Notes: generated by a model not told the origin, from the sequence alone. A stretch of 64,000 nucleotides of DNA from Vicugna vicugna (GCA_013265495.1 MU058213.1:4092001-4156000); one strand, 5' to 3'; numbered from the stretch's first letter, positions 40,701-52,886 are shown. Translations and numbers: made by a program.

Positions 40701-42059
40701 TATAACAATTAGTTCTACTTTTAAACTTCTTTCTACCAATGAAACTCATCCTTCTGCAGTTTTTTTCAATGTCCCCCTCTCATTGACCATTGTCTTATCA
40801 ATTCCCCAGTCCTAGAGTCTTCCTTCAAAATATTTCCCACAACCAACCTTGTCTTTCAATTCATCAGTTCCTGTTCAGGCCTTCAGAACCTCTCACCTAC
40901 AGCAACATTTACTTTGTAAGATTCACTTTATATTGTATCTTAGCACCCAGATCTACCTGCTTTCATCTATTCAATACAGAACCACCAAATTAACAATTTC
41001 CTAAAATAATGTTTCCATTATGTCTCATATTAATTCCAAACTCTTCACCAATACATGCACAGCTGGGTTACCCTAGTACTAAAAGCTTCCGGAATTCAGT
41101 GAGACACAGAATAGGCCAAACGCTCTAGGAGCTGACACTTCCCGCAGTGGTTGTGCTACCAGGTTTGCACTGTCTAATCCAAGAAGAGAACATGTGAACC
41201 TGAGCTAGAAAAGCTGAGGCTGAAGTGAGGGAAGACCAAGGCGTCACATCTTACAAAGTGAATATGCAGCGTCTGGTACCCAGTATTACAATGAATGAAA
41301 TGAACTTTTTCTGAGACTCAATTTCTTCATCTGTAAAGGATGGATGATGGTAATACCACCCATCTCAAAGTAGTGTTTATTTTGAGGATGAAATGTGACT
41401 ATGAATATACTTTATAAGCTCTAAAACACTACAATATAAGAAGTGAAAGTTAGCAAGATATCTTGTGTTACAACTTCTCAAAAGGACACAATGTAGCGGC
41501 AAAAGCAGTACCAATTCTTATTTACCTTTTTCTATCCAATTAGGTTGGGACATCTGTTACTTATTTTTCCTCATGGAATTTAACAAAGCCACTTTCATGT
41601 TACATTTTGTTTCATTAGGGCCTTTCTATTAGCAGTCAACAACCCTGTACAATTGAAGTCAGATCATCTTTAAACTTCAATAGGAGAAGGAAAATGAGTG
41701 AGTGAGTAAACAAAGGAGATAGGGATTAGGATTTACCTAAAATCCCAGACCCCTCCCAAACCCTCCAGGTTTTGTTTCTCAAACTTGCCAAAGGTAAGAA
41801 CAATTACCCACAAAATAAGGAACACATTGGGTAGAGCCTAGAAGCAAGCAGTAAATTATTTCATAGACTAATGATCTTTCTTTTGGTTAATATCCCTCAA
41901 CTGAAAGGCATTCAGGCAGTTGTCAGGGTGAAGAAATTCCAAACTAAGCCAAAAAAAAAATAGTGTGGCCAATTAATTTCTAAGGATGGAATCCTTACTG
42001 TACCCAACAAACCCCAAACTGAGAAATTTAAGAAATATCTATTAATTTACCTTAAAATG

Positions 42060-42345
42060 ACTATTAGAAACCCATTGCATATTAACAAATATTTTTTTAC
42101 AGAAAAATAACTATTTTCTAAACCAAAATTTAGAGAGGAGTGGTACTGGCTTTACATTTTTGCAAATCTCATTAGTAACTTAATAAAAACAGCTGGATTC
42201 TCTTTATCTGCTTCTTCATCCAATCTGTTGCACTATATTGTTCTGTTGAAATGAGGAAAATTCAGCTTCATAAAATAGGTAGGTGGTAAAGGGAGGGCCT
42301 TGTAGAACCCTCGAAAGTGCCTCAAGTCCCCAGACCACTGCTATG
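42060..42345. mobile_element. Charlie1-like hAT fragment
   Basis: acatttttgcaaatctc...agctggattctctttatctgcttct resembles 17440-17520. Confidence 0.55.
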
Positions 42346-43479
42346 CTAGGCAAACCAAGTTACAGCTTTGTTTAAAGACAACTAAATGACTATACTGACT
42401 ATAGTGGCTGCTCAAAAATTTTGTATACACCAGTCCAAAGAGTAAATTAATAATTTTAAACTGGTAGGGAATATTCAAGTGATGAGCACAACATTAAGAA
42501 AAAGCATTACTGAGCAGTAATAATAAGGCATTTTGTTTAAAAATATAAAGAAGCAAAACATACATCATTCCAAAAATCAGATTTTGTTCATCATGGTATA
42601 CTCAGCCATAAAGCAGAAATGTTTGCAATGAAAATGATTAAAATAAAATATATTTTTAGTTTAATCCAGTTCACCAAAAAGCCTAAATATTACGTCTTGA
42701 ACCTACAGGGTTCCAGTTAATCATTTTTAACCATGGAGGATCTCTTAAGGTAAAGTTTGGAGGGAAGGGAAGGAAAAACTAGTAAAAGTATTTTAGAGCG
42801 GAAACTCCATGGAATAACATTCTTAGAACTACCTGCATTCAGTATAGATGTAATACAAAAGGGTAAAAAACCAGTCATGGTAGTAGGAGGTAAGTAGGTT
42901 TAATGTGTGTGCTGGAGAGCAGTGGAAGTCCATATTTAACTGTCCAAATTAACCATTAACTTTCAGTATACTATCAGAGTTCATAGGAACAATTTTAGTT
43001 TTTTATTTTCTTCCCTGAGCAGTTCTAGTTTTAAAAATTGACATTTTATGACTTTCATTATTTCCTAGGGATCTTCAAACAACAAAGGGAAAATTTACTT
43101 ATTACTTTTAAACAGAATAAAACTTACTCTATCTTAAAATTACTATATAAGCCTATATGATCATTTTTAAATCTAAGATACATTATGGTATCTGAGTGAC
43201 TTTATTTTTCTTAAATCTTGAAATATTTTGCTAATTCTGTCATCTAGGGTGTTATTTCACCATTGCTCATCAACTTTTCCCAACTATGATTTTTTTAAAA
43301 ACCAAAATAGTAAGAAAATAGAAGAATGATTTAATTGCCTAGAAGAATAGTCCAAGAGTGAAAAAATCACTAATGCATTACTCTTCACCTTTCTTATCTT
43401 TTTCTTATTGTTTTCCACAAAATACCAACTTTCGAAAAGGTATAAAAGACTGGCGGCATCATCTTTGTAATCTGTGTCG

Positions 43480-44011
43480 TGAAGGAAAAATTTTACTTCT
43501 ACCCCTTTAGCTTAGAATATCTGGGGCCTGTGAATTAAGCTAACAAAGGACAAATCAACAGGAGAAAAAGCACAAAAACTTTATTAATATTTACATACAC
43601 TGAAGTTCACAGAAAAGAAGTAAAACTCAAAGAAGCAGTTAGCCTCAGGGGTTTATATACCACTTTAACAGAGAAAAGGAAATTGGGGCTTTGAGAATCA
43701 ATAAATCATGGGGAAGAAACTAGGAAATATGTGGTAGAACTAATAGAAGGTAAGGGTTATTTTAGTTGGGTCTGTTTGTGCAAACTCATATCAGTGTCAA
43801 CTCTCCATCTCTGCGGACAAGAGTCACACCTCCCTCCCTGGTACAGCAGGAGAAACACCTTCACAAAAAGAACTGCATGCCCTACTTTTAGGTAGTTTAT
43901 GGGAGGGGAAAAAACTCTTCCTGCATCTGTTGATTCTCAACTGCCTTCTGCTCAAAATAATCCTTATATCAAAGTGGCATATTTTAGGGTGGCATGACCT
44001 GATCCTCTTCA
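43480..44011 (-). mobile_element. ERV1-type (MER41-like) solo LTR inserted in the piggyBac 5' region
   Basis: TG...CA ends with inverted tgaag/cttca; minus-strand AATAAA and TATA-like box; similar to the LTRs at 31335 and 52345. Confidence 0.75.
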
Positions 44012-45314
44012 ATCTGCTTTTAGTTTTCCGTGAACACAGTTAAGCATTCAGAACTATTTATCTTCTGTCCAAAATGGAAAAGAAGAAAACTGACAGAGGA
44101 GGCATTTCATAACTATTAGGTGAACCTGAAGATACATGCAAAGATAGATAGCAAGCACTTCAGACTGTAATAATGGCAGTGATATCTGGGAAATCTCAAA
44201 GTCTTCAGATGAAATATCCTAGAAAATTTTTCTCAAACTCAACAATCAATGAGTGAACAATATATTTCTAAAAACTAAAAGGAAATACAGTATTCTCTTC
44301 AGCAGGAAGGGCTGGATCATGGATATTTTTATAAGAATGCAGATCATGCTCTTTTGCTAAAAGGATATGTAACAGTATTCTTTCATCCTCATGTTTGTGG
44401 GCTAAAATTTAATTTGATACAGTTCTTAAGTAGAGAAGTGTTAAATGCAGGTGTATACACAATGTTGACTAGAAGGAAACAGATGATGCAGAAATCTTTT
44501 AAGTTCATTGGAATGATTATTCTAATTGGTGTCTACAAATCTAAAACTCAAGATACCTTGCAATTATGAAGCAAAAAGATGGCCATCTTCCCTTCAACAA
44601 AATTTTGAACCACTGAAGGTTTCAAAAAATGTTTCAGGTGTTGCATTTAATGATGCACATGCAAAATGGAGACCCAGAAGGAATGATAAACTAGAACCTA
44701 TTAGGGAAGTATCTGGAATCTCAAATCACTATTTACAATGTTAAATATATTCTAAGTTCATGTATGACAGCTGATGAGTTGGTCGTATTCAATGATGCCC
44801 ATTTCAGGTATATATACCTTCAAAACCTGGGAAATACAGTATACAAAATCTGGGCAACATGTGATAGTATAATATTGTAAGCTTGGAAGATGCAGATCCA
44901 CAAACTGTTTCAGAAAAGGAGTGAGAGGAGAACCAAGAGTATTACAAGAATTGACAAAAAAAAATTGAAAACTGTGTCAGAAATACAACTTAGGATAAAT
45001 CTTTTGTAAGTTTAGAATTGGCTTGGTATTATCCAGCAAGAAATTTCCCTTACTTGGCAGTATCAAAAAGAACAAGGCTGAACTTCCGTCAACTTTCCCA
45101 AAGAGAAAGCAAGAGAAGTCAACTGCACATAACCTGGGTTTCAAAACTATTTGATGATTCTTACTGTTCTAAAAAAAACTACTCTTCTCAGCTCAATGCA
45201 TTCTCAAGCATCAACGGATTTTTTAAAAACCCTGCATAAGGTAACCTGAAGAGAGTTATATTATAAATAGAATAAAGGAGGGATAAACACTGATTAAGAA
45301 AGTCAGAACCTACC

Positions 45315-45523
45315 CAGCTGACTGCTGAACACAACGGTTAGATGCACCAAACCCTGCACAGTTGAAAATCCGTGTATGTAGTTGGCCCTCTGTATTCATG
45401 GTTCAGCATCCATGGATCCAACCCAACTGCTGATCATATGGTACTGCAGTACTTTTATTGAGGAAAAAAAAAAACTCACATGGATTTGCACAGTTCAAAC
45501 CTGTGTTGTTCAAGGGTCAACTG
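45315..45523. mobile_element. Tigger1-derived non-autonomous TcMar element inside the piggyBac transposase
   Basis: Terminal inverted repeats cagctgactgctgaaca / tgttgttcaagggtcaactg followed by TA. Confidence 0.8.
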
Positions 45524-46203
45524 TATTTGCAAAATAATGACTTAAAAGATGATGGCCTATGATTGATACTACGGTCACTGTATGGGGAAAGCTTCAATTA
45601 CAAAGCTGTAAGTTACCAAGAAGATTACTCATTCAACTAGGAAAAGCAGTTGCAGAAACTAGGAAGAGAATTTGGGCTTACGCTATAACCACAATATTCT
45701 TGTGCACAGGTCTAATTGGGAAGAATAAAGGAAGAAAGATGCTCTTTGTGTGGAAACAAAAACTAAAAAAACAAACAAAAATGTGTGCTACAATTATAAT
45801 ATTTGCCAAGAGCATTCAAAGGTTATACATATTAATTGTAGACAGTGGTATGTAATTAGATGCATGAGAAAGATTTTTGTTCTTTATTTCTTTTACAAAT
45901 ATATCTGGTAACTTTAAATTCTTATTAAAAGCTAATTTGTTTTATATTATCCCTTTATTCTTCTGTAAATTATATAAATTAAATTATATAATGATATAAA
46001 ACTATATAAAATAATTTAAAATGCAAAGAAATAAAAAGAAATAGTTCCTTTTGATCTAGTAGTAAACAGTAATCACTTTTTCCTCGTATGTTCAGTTAAA
46101 AGTATCCTTAAAACAAAACTGCTTTGCAAAAATGAATAAAAACACATCTTTGATAGGAGTTACCAAGTAAATCATTATATATCTCTTTAAAATAACCTGA
46201 CTA

Positions 46204-46820
46204 GAAGGAAATCTACTTCAGGATGACACCTGCACCCCAATGTTCATAGCAGCACTATTTACAATAGCCAAAACATGGAAACAGCCTAAATGTCCATCAA
46301 CAGATGACTGGATAAAGAAATTGTGGTATATTTATACAATGGAATACTACTCAGCCATAAAAACCAACAACATAATGCCATTTGCAGCAACATGGATGCT
46401 CCTGGAGAATGTCATTCTAAGTGAAGTAAGCCAGAAAGAGAAAGAAAAATACCATATGAGATCGCTCATATGTGGAATCTAAAAAACAAAAACAAAAACA
46501 AACAAACAAAAACAAAGCATAAATACAGGACAGAAATAGACTCACGGACAGAGAATACAGACTTGTGGTTATCAGGGGGGTGGAGGGTGGGAAGGGATAG
46601 ACTGGGATTTCAAAATTGTAGAACAGATAAACAAGATTACACTGTATAGCACAGGGAAATATACACAAAATGTTATGATAAATCACAGAGAAAAAAATGT
46701 GACAATGAGTGTGTATATGTCCATGAATGACTGAAAAATTGTGCTGAACACTGGAATTTGACACAACATTGTAAAATGATTATAAATCAATAAAAAAATG
46801 TTAAAAAATAAATAAATAAA
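46204..46820 (+). mobile_element. Young 5'-truncated lineage-specific L1 (camelid L1-Vpa-like)
   Basis: ORF2 C-terminus [41 protein letters not shown]; (TAAA)n tail; perfect TSD taaaataacctgacta at 46188-46203 and 46821-46836; TT/AAAA endonuclease site. Confidence 0.93.
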
Positions 46821-47569
46821 TAAAATAACCTGACTAAAAAATCAAATATTTCTGAGTCCTCTGAAGCAGGAAAAAATAAACTATTCAGGACTATATATCT
46901 ACTTAATATGTCATAAATATTTCTCAACCTTCAAAAGTTAATTTTGAAATAATATGTTGTCAGTAATCTCCAATTTCCTGTCATCTAAAACTATAATTTA
47001 CTTTCTATTTACAAAAATTGCTATTCCATGTTAAGTACATACCCTGCCCAATCTGTAGAGAAAAAGAAATCTTGGTATGGTTCTAAATGTTCTTTAGAAT
47101 AAAGAAAACAAGTGTGAGAGAAGAGGGTACAAAATTATTTATCCCTTTGACCTCCTCTCCCCTATTAAGTAAACCAATGCTGAGTATAAAACACCAGACT
47201 GAAGAATCAGGACTAAACTAGACAGCCTAACTGGGAAAAATGGGTTAAAACGGAGATGCTGAGGCTCGTCAACCTCCTACATTAAACTACTCCAGACCTT
47301 TTCTATAATCACAGCTTCCTACTGCTACAAGGGTCCTAAGCAAGCCTTCAAAGGAGGCAAACATCTACCGATACCTACTTTCTGTCTCCTCTCCCCTCAT
47401 CACCCTAGGCTCTGATGCCAAATGGAGCAGCAATTCCAAGTTCCCTAAACTAGATAAGTTAGTCCTGTCCTTCAAAACTGCTCCCATCCCTCATCCCAAA
47501 TACCCATTTCTAGAGGATTGCTCTCAACTGTGTATTATCAGATTACTACAGGTAAATTCATACCAAATA

Positions 47570-48400
47570 CTAATGCCAAAATATCACCCCATAGATTACT
47601 GCTAATTGCAAAGGGAAACGCTTAAAATGGATAGGTAGTCTGTCACTGCCTTATCCAAAAGATCAAATTTAGGATTACCAATAGAACAATCCTACTTTCT
47701 GTGCCTCCTGATGTTGTATAATGTGCAATACACTGCATGACTTATAAAACATTCTTGCTAAAAATATTTAGCCTGAACTACTCAAGCCTTTAGATCTAAC
47801 TTCAAGTTTACAAGAGGATAGGAGGGTACAATTAAACCCCATGAGGAAGAAATTGTGAGTAAAATACAGAACGGGGGTTACTCTACAAACTTACCCACCT
47901 CCTCTCTTCAAAAGGTCAATGTCCTCCCCAAAAAGGGGGGAGGAGGGGAGAAACTGCACTAAATTAAAAGAAAAACAAATGTAGTGCATAATTAGATACT
48001 AATTCAAAATAAATGACTAAAAAGGACAGGGAACACGTGAATACATACTACATACATACATAAGATTATCAGGGATTATGTAGGGTGTGACTATGGTATT
48101 GTGGTTACATAAAAAATTGGCCTTAATCTTATGAAATACATAGGGTGTGACTATGGTATTGTGGTTACATAAAAAATTGGCCTTAATCTTATGAAATACA
48201 TACTGAAACACATACAGTACTTAGGTGTGAATTGTCACAATCTACGAAACATGCTTTGAAAACATTCAGTTAAAAACAACCTGTAATAGGTAGACAAACG
48301 TGGCAAAATAGTAACAACTGGAAAAACAAGGCGGTAGGTATGAGTGCTCACCTGGGCTATTCAACTTTTCGGTATGTTTGGGGAAAAAATAACATGAAAA
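47570..48400 (+). mobile_element. Ancient L1ME/MC-like 3' region
   Basis: ggtattgtggtta...gaaatacatactgaa...ggcaaaatagtaacaact...tcaacttttcggtatgtttg are old L1 3'UTR motifs. Confidence 0.55.
48081..48202. repeat. Perfect 60-bp tandem duplication
   Basis: 48081-48140 is identical to 48141-48200. Confidence 0.98.
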
Positions 48401-49771
48401 CTAAAATAACAAAAAGTTTAGAAGCTAAGAAATGAACTCTTAAAAATATAAATGTGAAGGGCAATTGAACAGTATTTCTTCAATTTTGTAGGTGAGCCTC
48501 TTTGCCTCTTCTCACTTACCTCATTCTCACAAAAAAAATGACACTTAATATTAGTGAATTGAGCCCTAAATGAGGCATCAGAAAACCTAAGATTCTAGAA
48601 ATGGCTTTATCACTTCCTAGCCATGACCTCATTAAAGACCTCTCACCCGGAGAGCTATCTTTCCTCACCTCAGTTCTACCAACACGTATCACCGCAAAAG
48701 GGTTCAGGAGAAACAAGTAAGGCGGTATCAGAGACCGATACAAACGCAAATGGAACTAAAACATCGAGTCCACATAGTCCCAAGTCCCAACTTAATTCCC
48801 TAAACAAACCCGTGCCTTGATCGCAGGCACAGTAACTTTCTGCTCAGGGACAGCCTGAGTTGGCACAGTAATCCCCCAAAGCAGGACACCTCACAAACGC
48901 GAAGAGGTGGCTCGTTTCAATTTTACGTTTAATGCCGCCAAAGACGGCATTGTTCTTAATACACAGTCCATACAAACATGAAACCAATAAATAAATGAAG
49001 TCTAAATTTTCAGAATTCCCTTTTTAAACTAACACCTCTTCGCAAACAAAGAAAAACCCCTGGACGAAGGTTTCCCGTGCTTGCAGAAACGGGTTCACTT
49101 TGACGTTTCTCCTCCCTAGCCGATTTCTCCAGAAAAGCGTTAACACTGGAGATAAGCTGGGAGGGCAGTCCTTCCATCTCTACGGCAGGATAAAACCTCG
49201 GAGTGAGATCATTCTTTCCGTCTCCTGAAGTGAAACCTGCAGGCTCTGCTAGGAAATCGTGTAAACAAGTCCACGTTTCTCCTCAGGGCCCCTCTGCTGT
49301 AGACAATGACGGGACGTCTAGGGCAGAGCGGGGAAGTCCTTTGACAAGGAGGAGGGTGTGAGCGGGAAAGACGGGTCACCTGGGCGGGGGGAACCTGGGC
49401 GCTGAGGTCCCCGAGGCCTCCAAGTTGTCACCCCCTTTGGTGTCTCTGCCTACGACTCAGGACACTCGGGGGAGAGCGGGGGCGAGAGGAGCACGGGTCC
49501 CTCCAAACATCTGCACAAAAAGCACGGAAGATCGAGGAAACAGCCTTCGGAGAGAAAAGCCCGCAGCAGGCCAGGGGCGAACAGGCCCTGGGAGGCGAGG
49601 CCGGGAGGCGGCTGAGGCGGCCCCGGCCTCCCGCACCCAGCCGGCCGCCGCGTCGCGCCGGGATCCCTCCCCCGCCGGGGCCGGCGCAAGATGGCGGTCC
49701 GGCCGCCGCCGCCGTCGCGCAGCCGGTCCCCTCCCCCGCGCCCTGGGGCCTCTCGGCGACCCGCGCCGGCC

Positions 49772-50047
49772 NNNNNNNNNNNNNNNNNNNNNNNNNNNNN
49801 NNNNNNNNNNNNNNNNNNNNNNNNNNNNNNNNNNNNNNNNNNNNNNNNNNNNNNNNNNNNNNNNNNNNNNNNNNNNNNNNNNNNNNNNNNNNNNNNNNNN
49901 NNNNNNNNNNNNNNNNNNNNNNNNNNNNNNNNNNNNNNNNNNNNNNNNNNNNNNNNNNNNNNNNNNNNNNNNNNNNNNNNNNNNNNNNNNNNNNNNNNNN
50001 NNNNNNNNNNNNNNNNNNNNNNNNNNNNNNNNNNNNNNNNNNNNNNN
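49772..50047. other. Assembly gap (276 N)
   Basis: Run of N inside the CpG island. Confidence 1.
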
Positions 50048-50077
50048 CGGGGGCGGGCGGGGGCGGGGGGCGCTTAC

Positions 50078-50200
50078 CGTGAGCGGAGCGGATCGGCCTG
50101 ACTGGGGCCCTGAGGAGGAGGAGAAAGAGGAGGAGGAAAAGGAGGAGCACGAAAAACTACACGGCGGCGACGGCAGCGGCTCCCATTGCGGAGCAGGCAG
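50078..50200 (-). other. ZNF280D: ZNF280D non-coding exon 1 (5' end approximate)
   Basis: Consensus donor ACG|gtaagc at 50077-50072 inside the CpG island. Confidence 0.75.
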
Positions 50201-52344
50201 CTGAGCCGTGGGCGGGGGGGACTCTCGTGGAGCCGGCGCGCTGCCTCATGGGTAGGCTCCGGGTCAGCCTCCGCGTGTCCAGACTCCCTGTCTTCTCGCC
50301 AACGCGGGAGGCGGGCGCGGGCATGTGCGCCGCGTCGCGGGCCCTCGAAGGCCCCGGCGCCCCGCCACGCACCGGCCACGGCCGAGGGCCAGGGTCCCGG
50401 CCGGACCTGGCGCGGCTGTGAGGGCCGTCTGCTCGCCCGCCAGCAACCCCGAAATCGGGGCCGCAACGAATCTGAAGGCGTGGAAACGCGAGTTCCGGGG
50501 CCTCCCCGTGTTTAACAGCTAGTTCTCCACAGGCTTGGAACGTAAGGTCTAGGAAGAGAGGAGCCATGAGAAAGAAATGCTGTACCTGAGCGGCGAAGAC
50601 ATACACCGGATGAGAAAAAGAAATGGAAACGTTTCTTTTTATAATTGGCTGATTTTGCCAGATTTGTTTCAAACATGCGATTTTGCTTATGTCTCCTTTA
50701 ATTTTTAACTGCCATGTGGATGCCTGTAATAACTTAAAAAAAACGAAAACAAAAGATAAGTGCACTTACTAGAACCCTCGCTAAGATACTGCCTGCATAA
50801 ATACTTGCTAAACACTGTATTCTGATCTGTGAGGAAAGTTTCCTCTACCAGTTGTCCTCATGAGGTCCAAGTGGTCTAGCTCTCTAGTGACCTGGATTTG
50901 AAATCTTGCCTTGTTAAACCCTTAATACACACCAATCACTGCACTTACCGTTCAATGGCTAGATCGTACTAATTATTCCTGCCTATTTTAATTAGTTTCT
51001 TTTTTCTCAACCAGACTGCCCCCAGCTTCTCCAGGGTTTATCATTACAGTTGTTTCCTTATTAATTACCACTCCCAGATCAATCTTCCCCAAAGGCCACT
51101 TGAATTAGCTCTAGAAACCTGGAATGTCTACAGATGACCATGACCTTCTCTGCTCCCAGCTGGGCCAGGGAAAGTAGCCAGCTTTCCCTTTTTTGTTGGC
51201 GCTGAAAATAAGCTTTATAGGAAAAGACAAAGAATAATCAAAATAACAAACATGGAAAGCTAGAAGTTCAAAAATCTTGGAGCATTCTTAAGTCAACTGT
51301 ATTTCAAATATAGTTCCTAATGGTTAGCAAAGCACGTTACAATATGAAAGTGAACTTAAGATTTCACTCTATATTCTACAGTCTGGTCCTCAGTTTGCAG
51401 AGACAGAGTTGTTAGCCCCCAGAGCTAATTTAAATCCACTGGGATGAGTCATACCAACCAAACTTACTAGAAACTGATACATAAACCAAAAAACCAATTT
51501 ATTCTCTCCCCCCACCCCACACCATGAAAAACATAACTGCCACGAAGACCAGAAAATTCTGTACACATTTTCACTCAAAAGGAACATTTACACAAGAAGC
51601 CAAATTTTGAAGGATGTCTGGTGAGTATGAAATCAACACAGAGAAAATAAATTGGATAATTTATTTGACTACTCCATCCTCAAAACTCCTCCTTTGGCTT
51701 CTAAAACACAACTGCCTTGATTCTTTTGACATACTGTCCACACCTTCCCATCATTTTTTAAGTGCTTCTCTTCCTGACGTTGTATTTTCTGCCCCTTTGT
51801 AATCCGTACAGACTAAGAATCATCACAGTATTCATTCTCCTTAAGTGAGATCATGTGCCACCCTTCCCTAACTGAAATGGATGTAGGTGATTTTCCAGAT
51901 TCTATTCCACAAGTCTGTTGTGTTCACTAACATTTGGGTGAACCACCACCACCCTCTCAAACTCCAAGAATAATCCAACCAGCATAAAACTATCAGAATT
52001 ACCCTCACCTCCCTTTGAACCAGTTTTTGTTTCAGAAACCAATCAGAGTGAAGACCAGGATTTTTGTTTGACTGGGCAGAAGAGAGGTTCTTTCTTTCTC
52101 TGGATGATATGGTATTACAGTGTGAATACTGGAAGAGTTACCACCTTTTTCGTATGTGTGCTACTGAGAGCCAACTGAGAATAAAACTAACATGGAGGAA
52201 GAAGGGCTGGATGAATCAATCATAAGAAAAGGAAGTAAAACCCTGAAAGCATCATAAACCTCCAAATCAAACCCAACCTGAACCCCATGCTACTGCTAGA
52301 CTTTTCTGTTATATGAGCTAGTAAACTCCCTTTTCTGTTTAAGT

Positions 52345-52886
52345 TGAAGGAGTCTAGAATAAGCCACTGTAGCTTAAAAATTATTTTTAGCCAAAGGCAT
52401 TTGAGTTCCTGAAGTCCTTTATTTGCCTAAAAGCAGAGCCTCCCAAAAGAACTCAATTGTCATAAATCTCCTCCCAGGGAGCAACCAGGGAAGATTGTCT
52501 TATCACTGCAGATTATGAGAATTGTTACCACACCTAAACAGACATCTTCGCAAAACTATCACATCTCCCCTCTTCTCTTGGCCCATTTATCTTTCCTAAA
52601 AGTCATTTGTTTTCCCATAAATGCCCTCTCTCCTCTGCCCTGCTTCTAAGAAGTCATTTGTTTTCACATGAGTGCCTTTCTCCCCCTCCCCTTCATCTAT
52701 TAAAATAGTATATATGCCCCAAATTCTTACCACCCCTTTGAGTGACACTTTTTTTGTGAACTCCCCTACATAATTTGTGAGTAAAATCTGTCTCTTCCCT
52801 TGCTAATCTGTCTTTTGTCAGTTTAATTTGCAGGCCCCCCAAAACTAAATCTAAGAGGGTAGAAAAAAAGTTTTTCTTCCCTGACA
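52345..52886 (+). mobile_element. ERV1-type (MER41-like) solo LTR nested in an MLT LTR
   Basis: TG...CA ends, 4-bp flanks aagt/aagc; MLT end motif resumes after it (ttttctgtttaag ... ccaacttgagtttggttttctgttacctgcaac). Confidence 0.75.

Larger units (their letters stand above)
43415..46099 (+). mobile_element. piggyBac-family DNA transposon fossil (Looper-like) with a disrupted transposase at about 44074-45850
   Basis: Motifs in order, across frameshifts and stops: FIGMIILIGVYKSK, DKLEPIREV, MTADELVVF (44764-44790), CPFQVYIPSKPGKYSI (44796-44843), RNTT*DKSFVS (44979-45011), LLGSIKKNKAELP (45050-45088), NKGGINTD (45271-45294), RWPM, RCSLC and ICQEH; TTAA at 46096-46099. Left end approximate. 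Confidence 0.85.
1..50200 (-). other. ZNF280D: ZNF280D gene, 5' portion (exon 1 to part of exon 11, numbering inferred); continues beyond position 1
   Basis: Spliced exons give MAELFMECEEEELEPWQKKVKEVDDDDDDEPIFVGEITSSKPAISNILNRVNPSSYSRGIKNGALSRGITAAFKPTSQHYTNP..., which matches ZNF280D as I recall it rather than the paralogue ZNF280C. TSS is approximate. Confidence 0.93.
49370..50520. promoter_or_regulatory. CpG island / ZNF280D promoter with GC boxes (50049-50070) and a YY1-like motif AAGATGGCGG (49688-49697)
   Basis: Very high GC and CpG density in an otherwise AT-rich window; surrounds exon 1. Confidence 0.9.

Noticed and set aside
44074..45855. A domesticated PGBD-type gene
   Set aside because: Many stops and frameshifts, a Tigger insertion in the coding region and decayed catalytic motifs.
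48017..48211. ORF with a repeated peptide, or a CRISPR-like array
   Set aside because: It is only the 60-bp tandem duplication; no spacers, and the DNA is mammalian.
49425..50765. Long ORFs (130-259 aa) on both strands in the CpG island
   Set aside because: Expected from stop-poor GC-rich DNA and the N gap; low-complexity R/G/P/A peptides with no recognisable domain.
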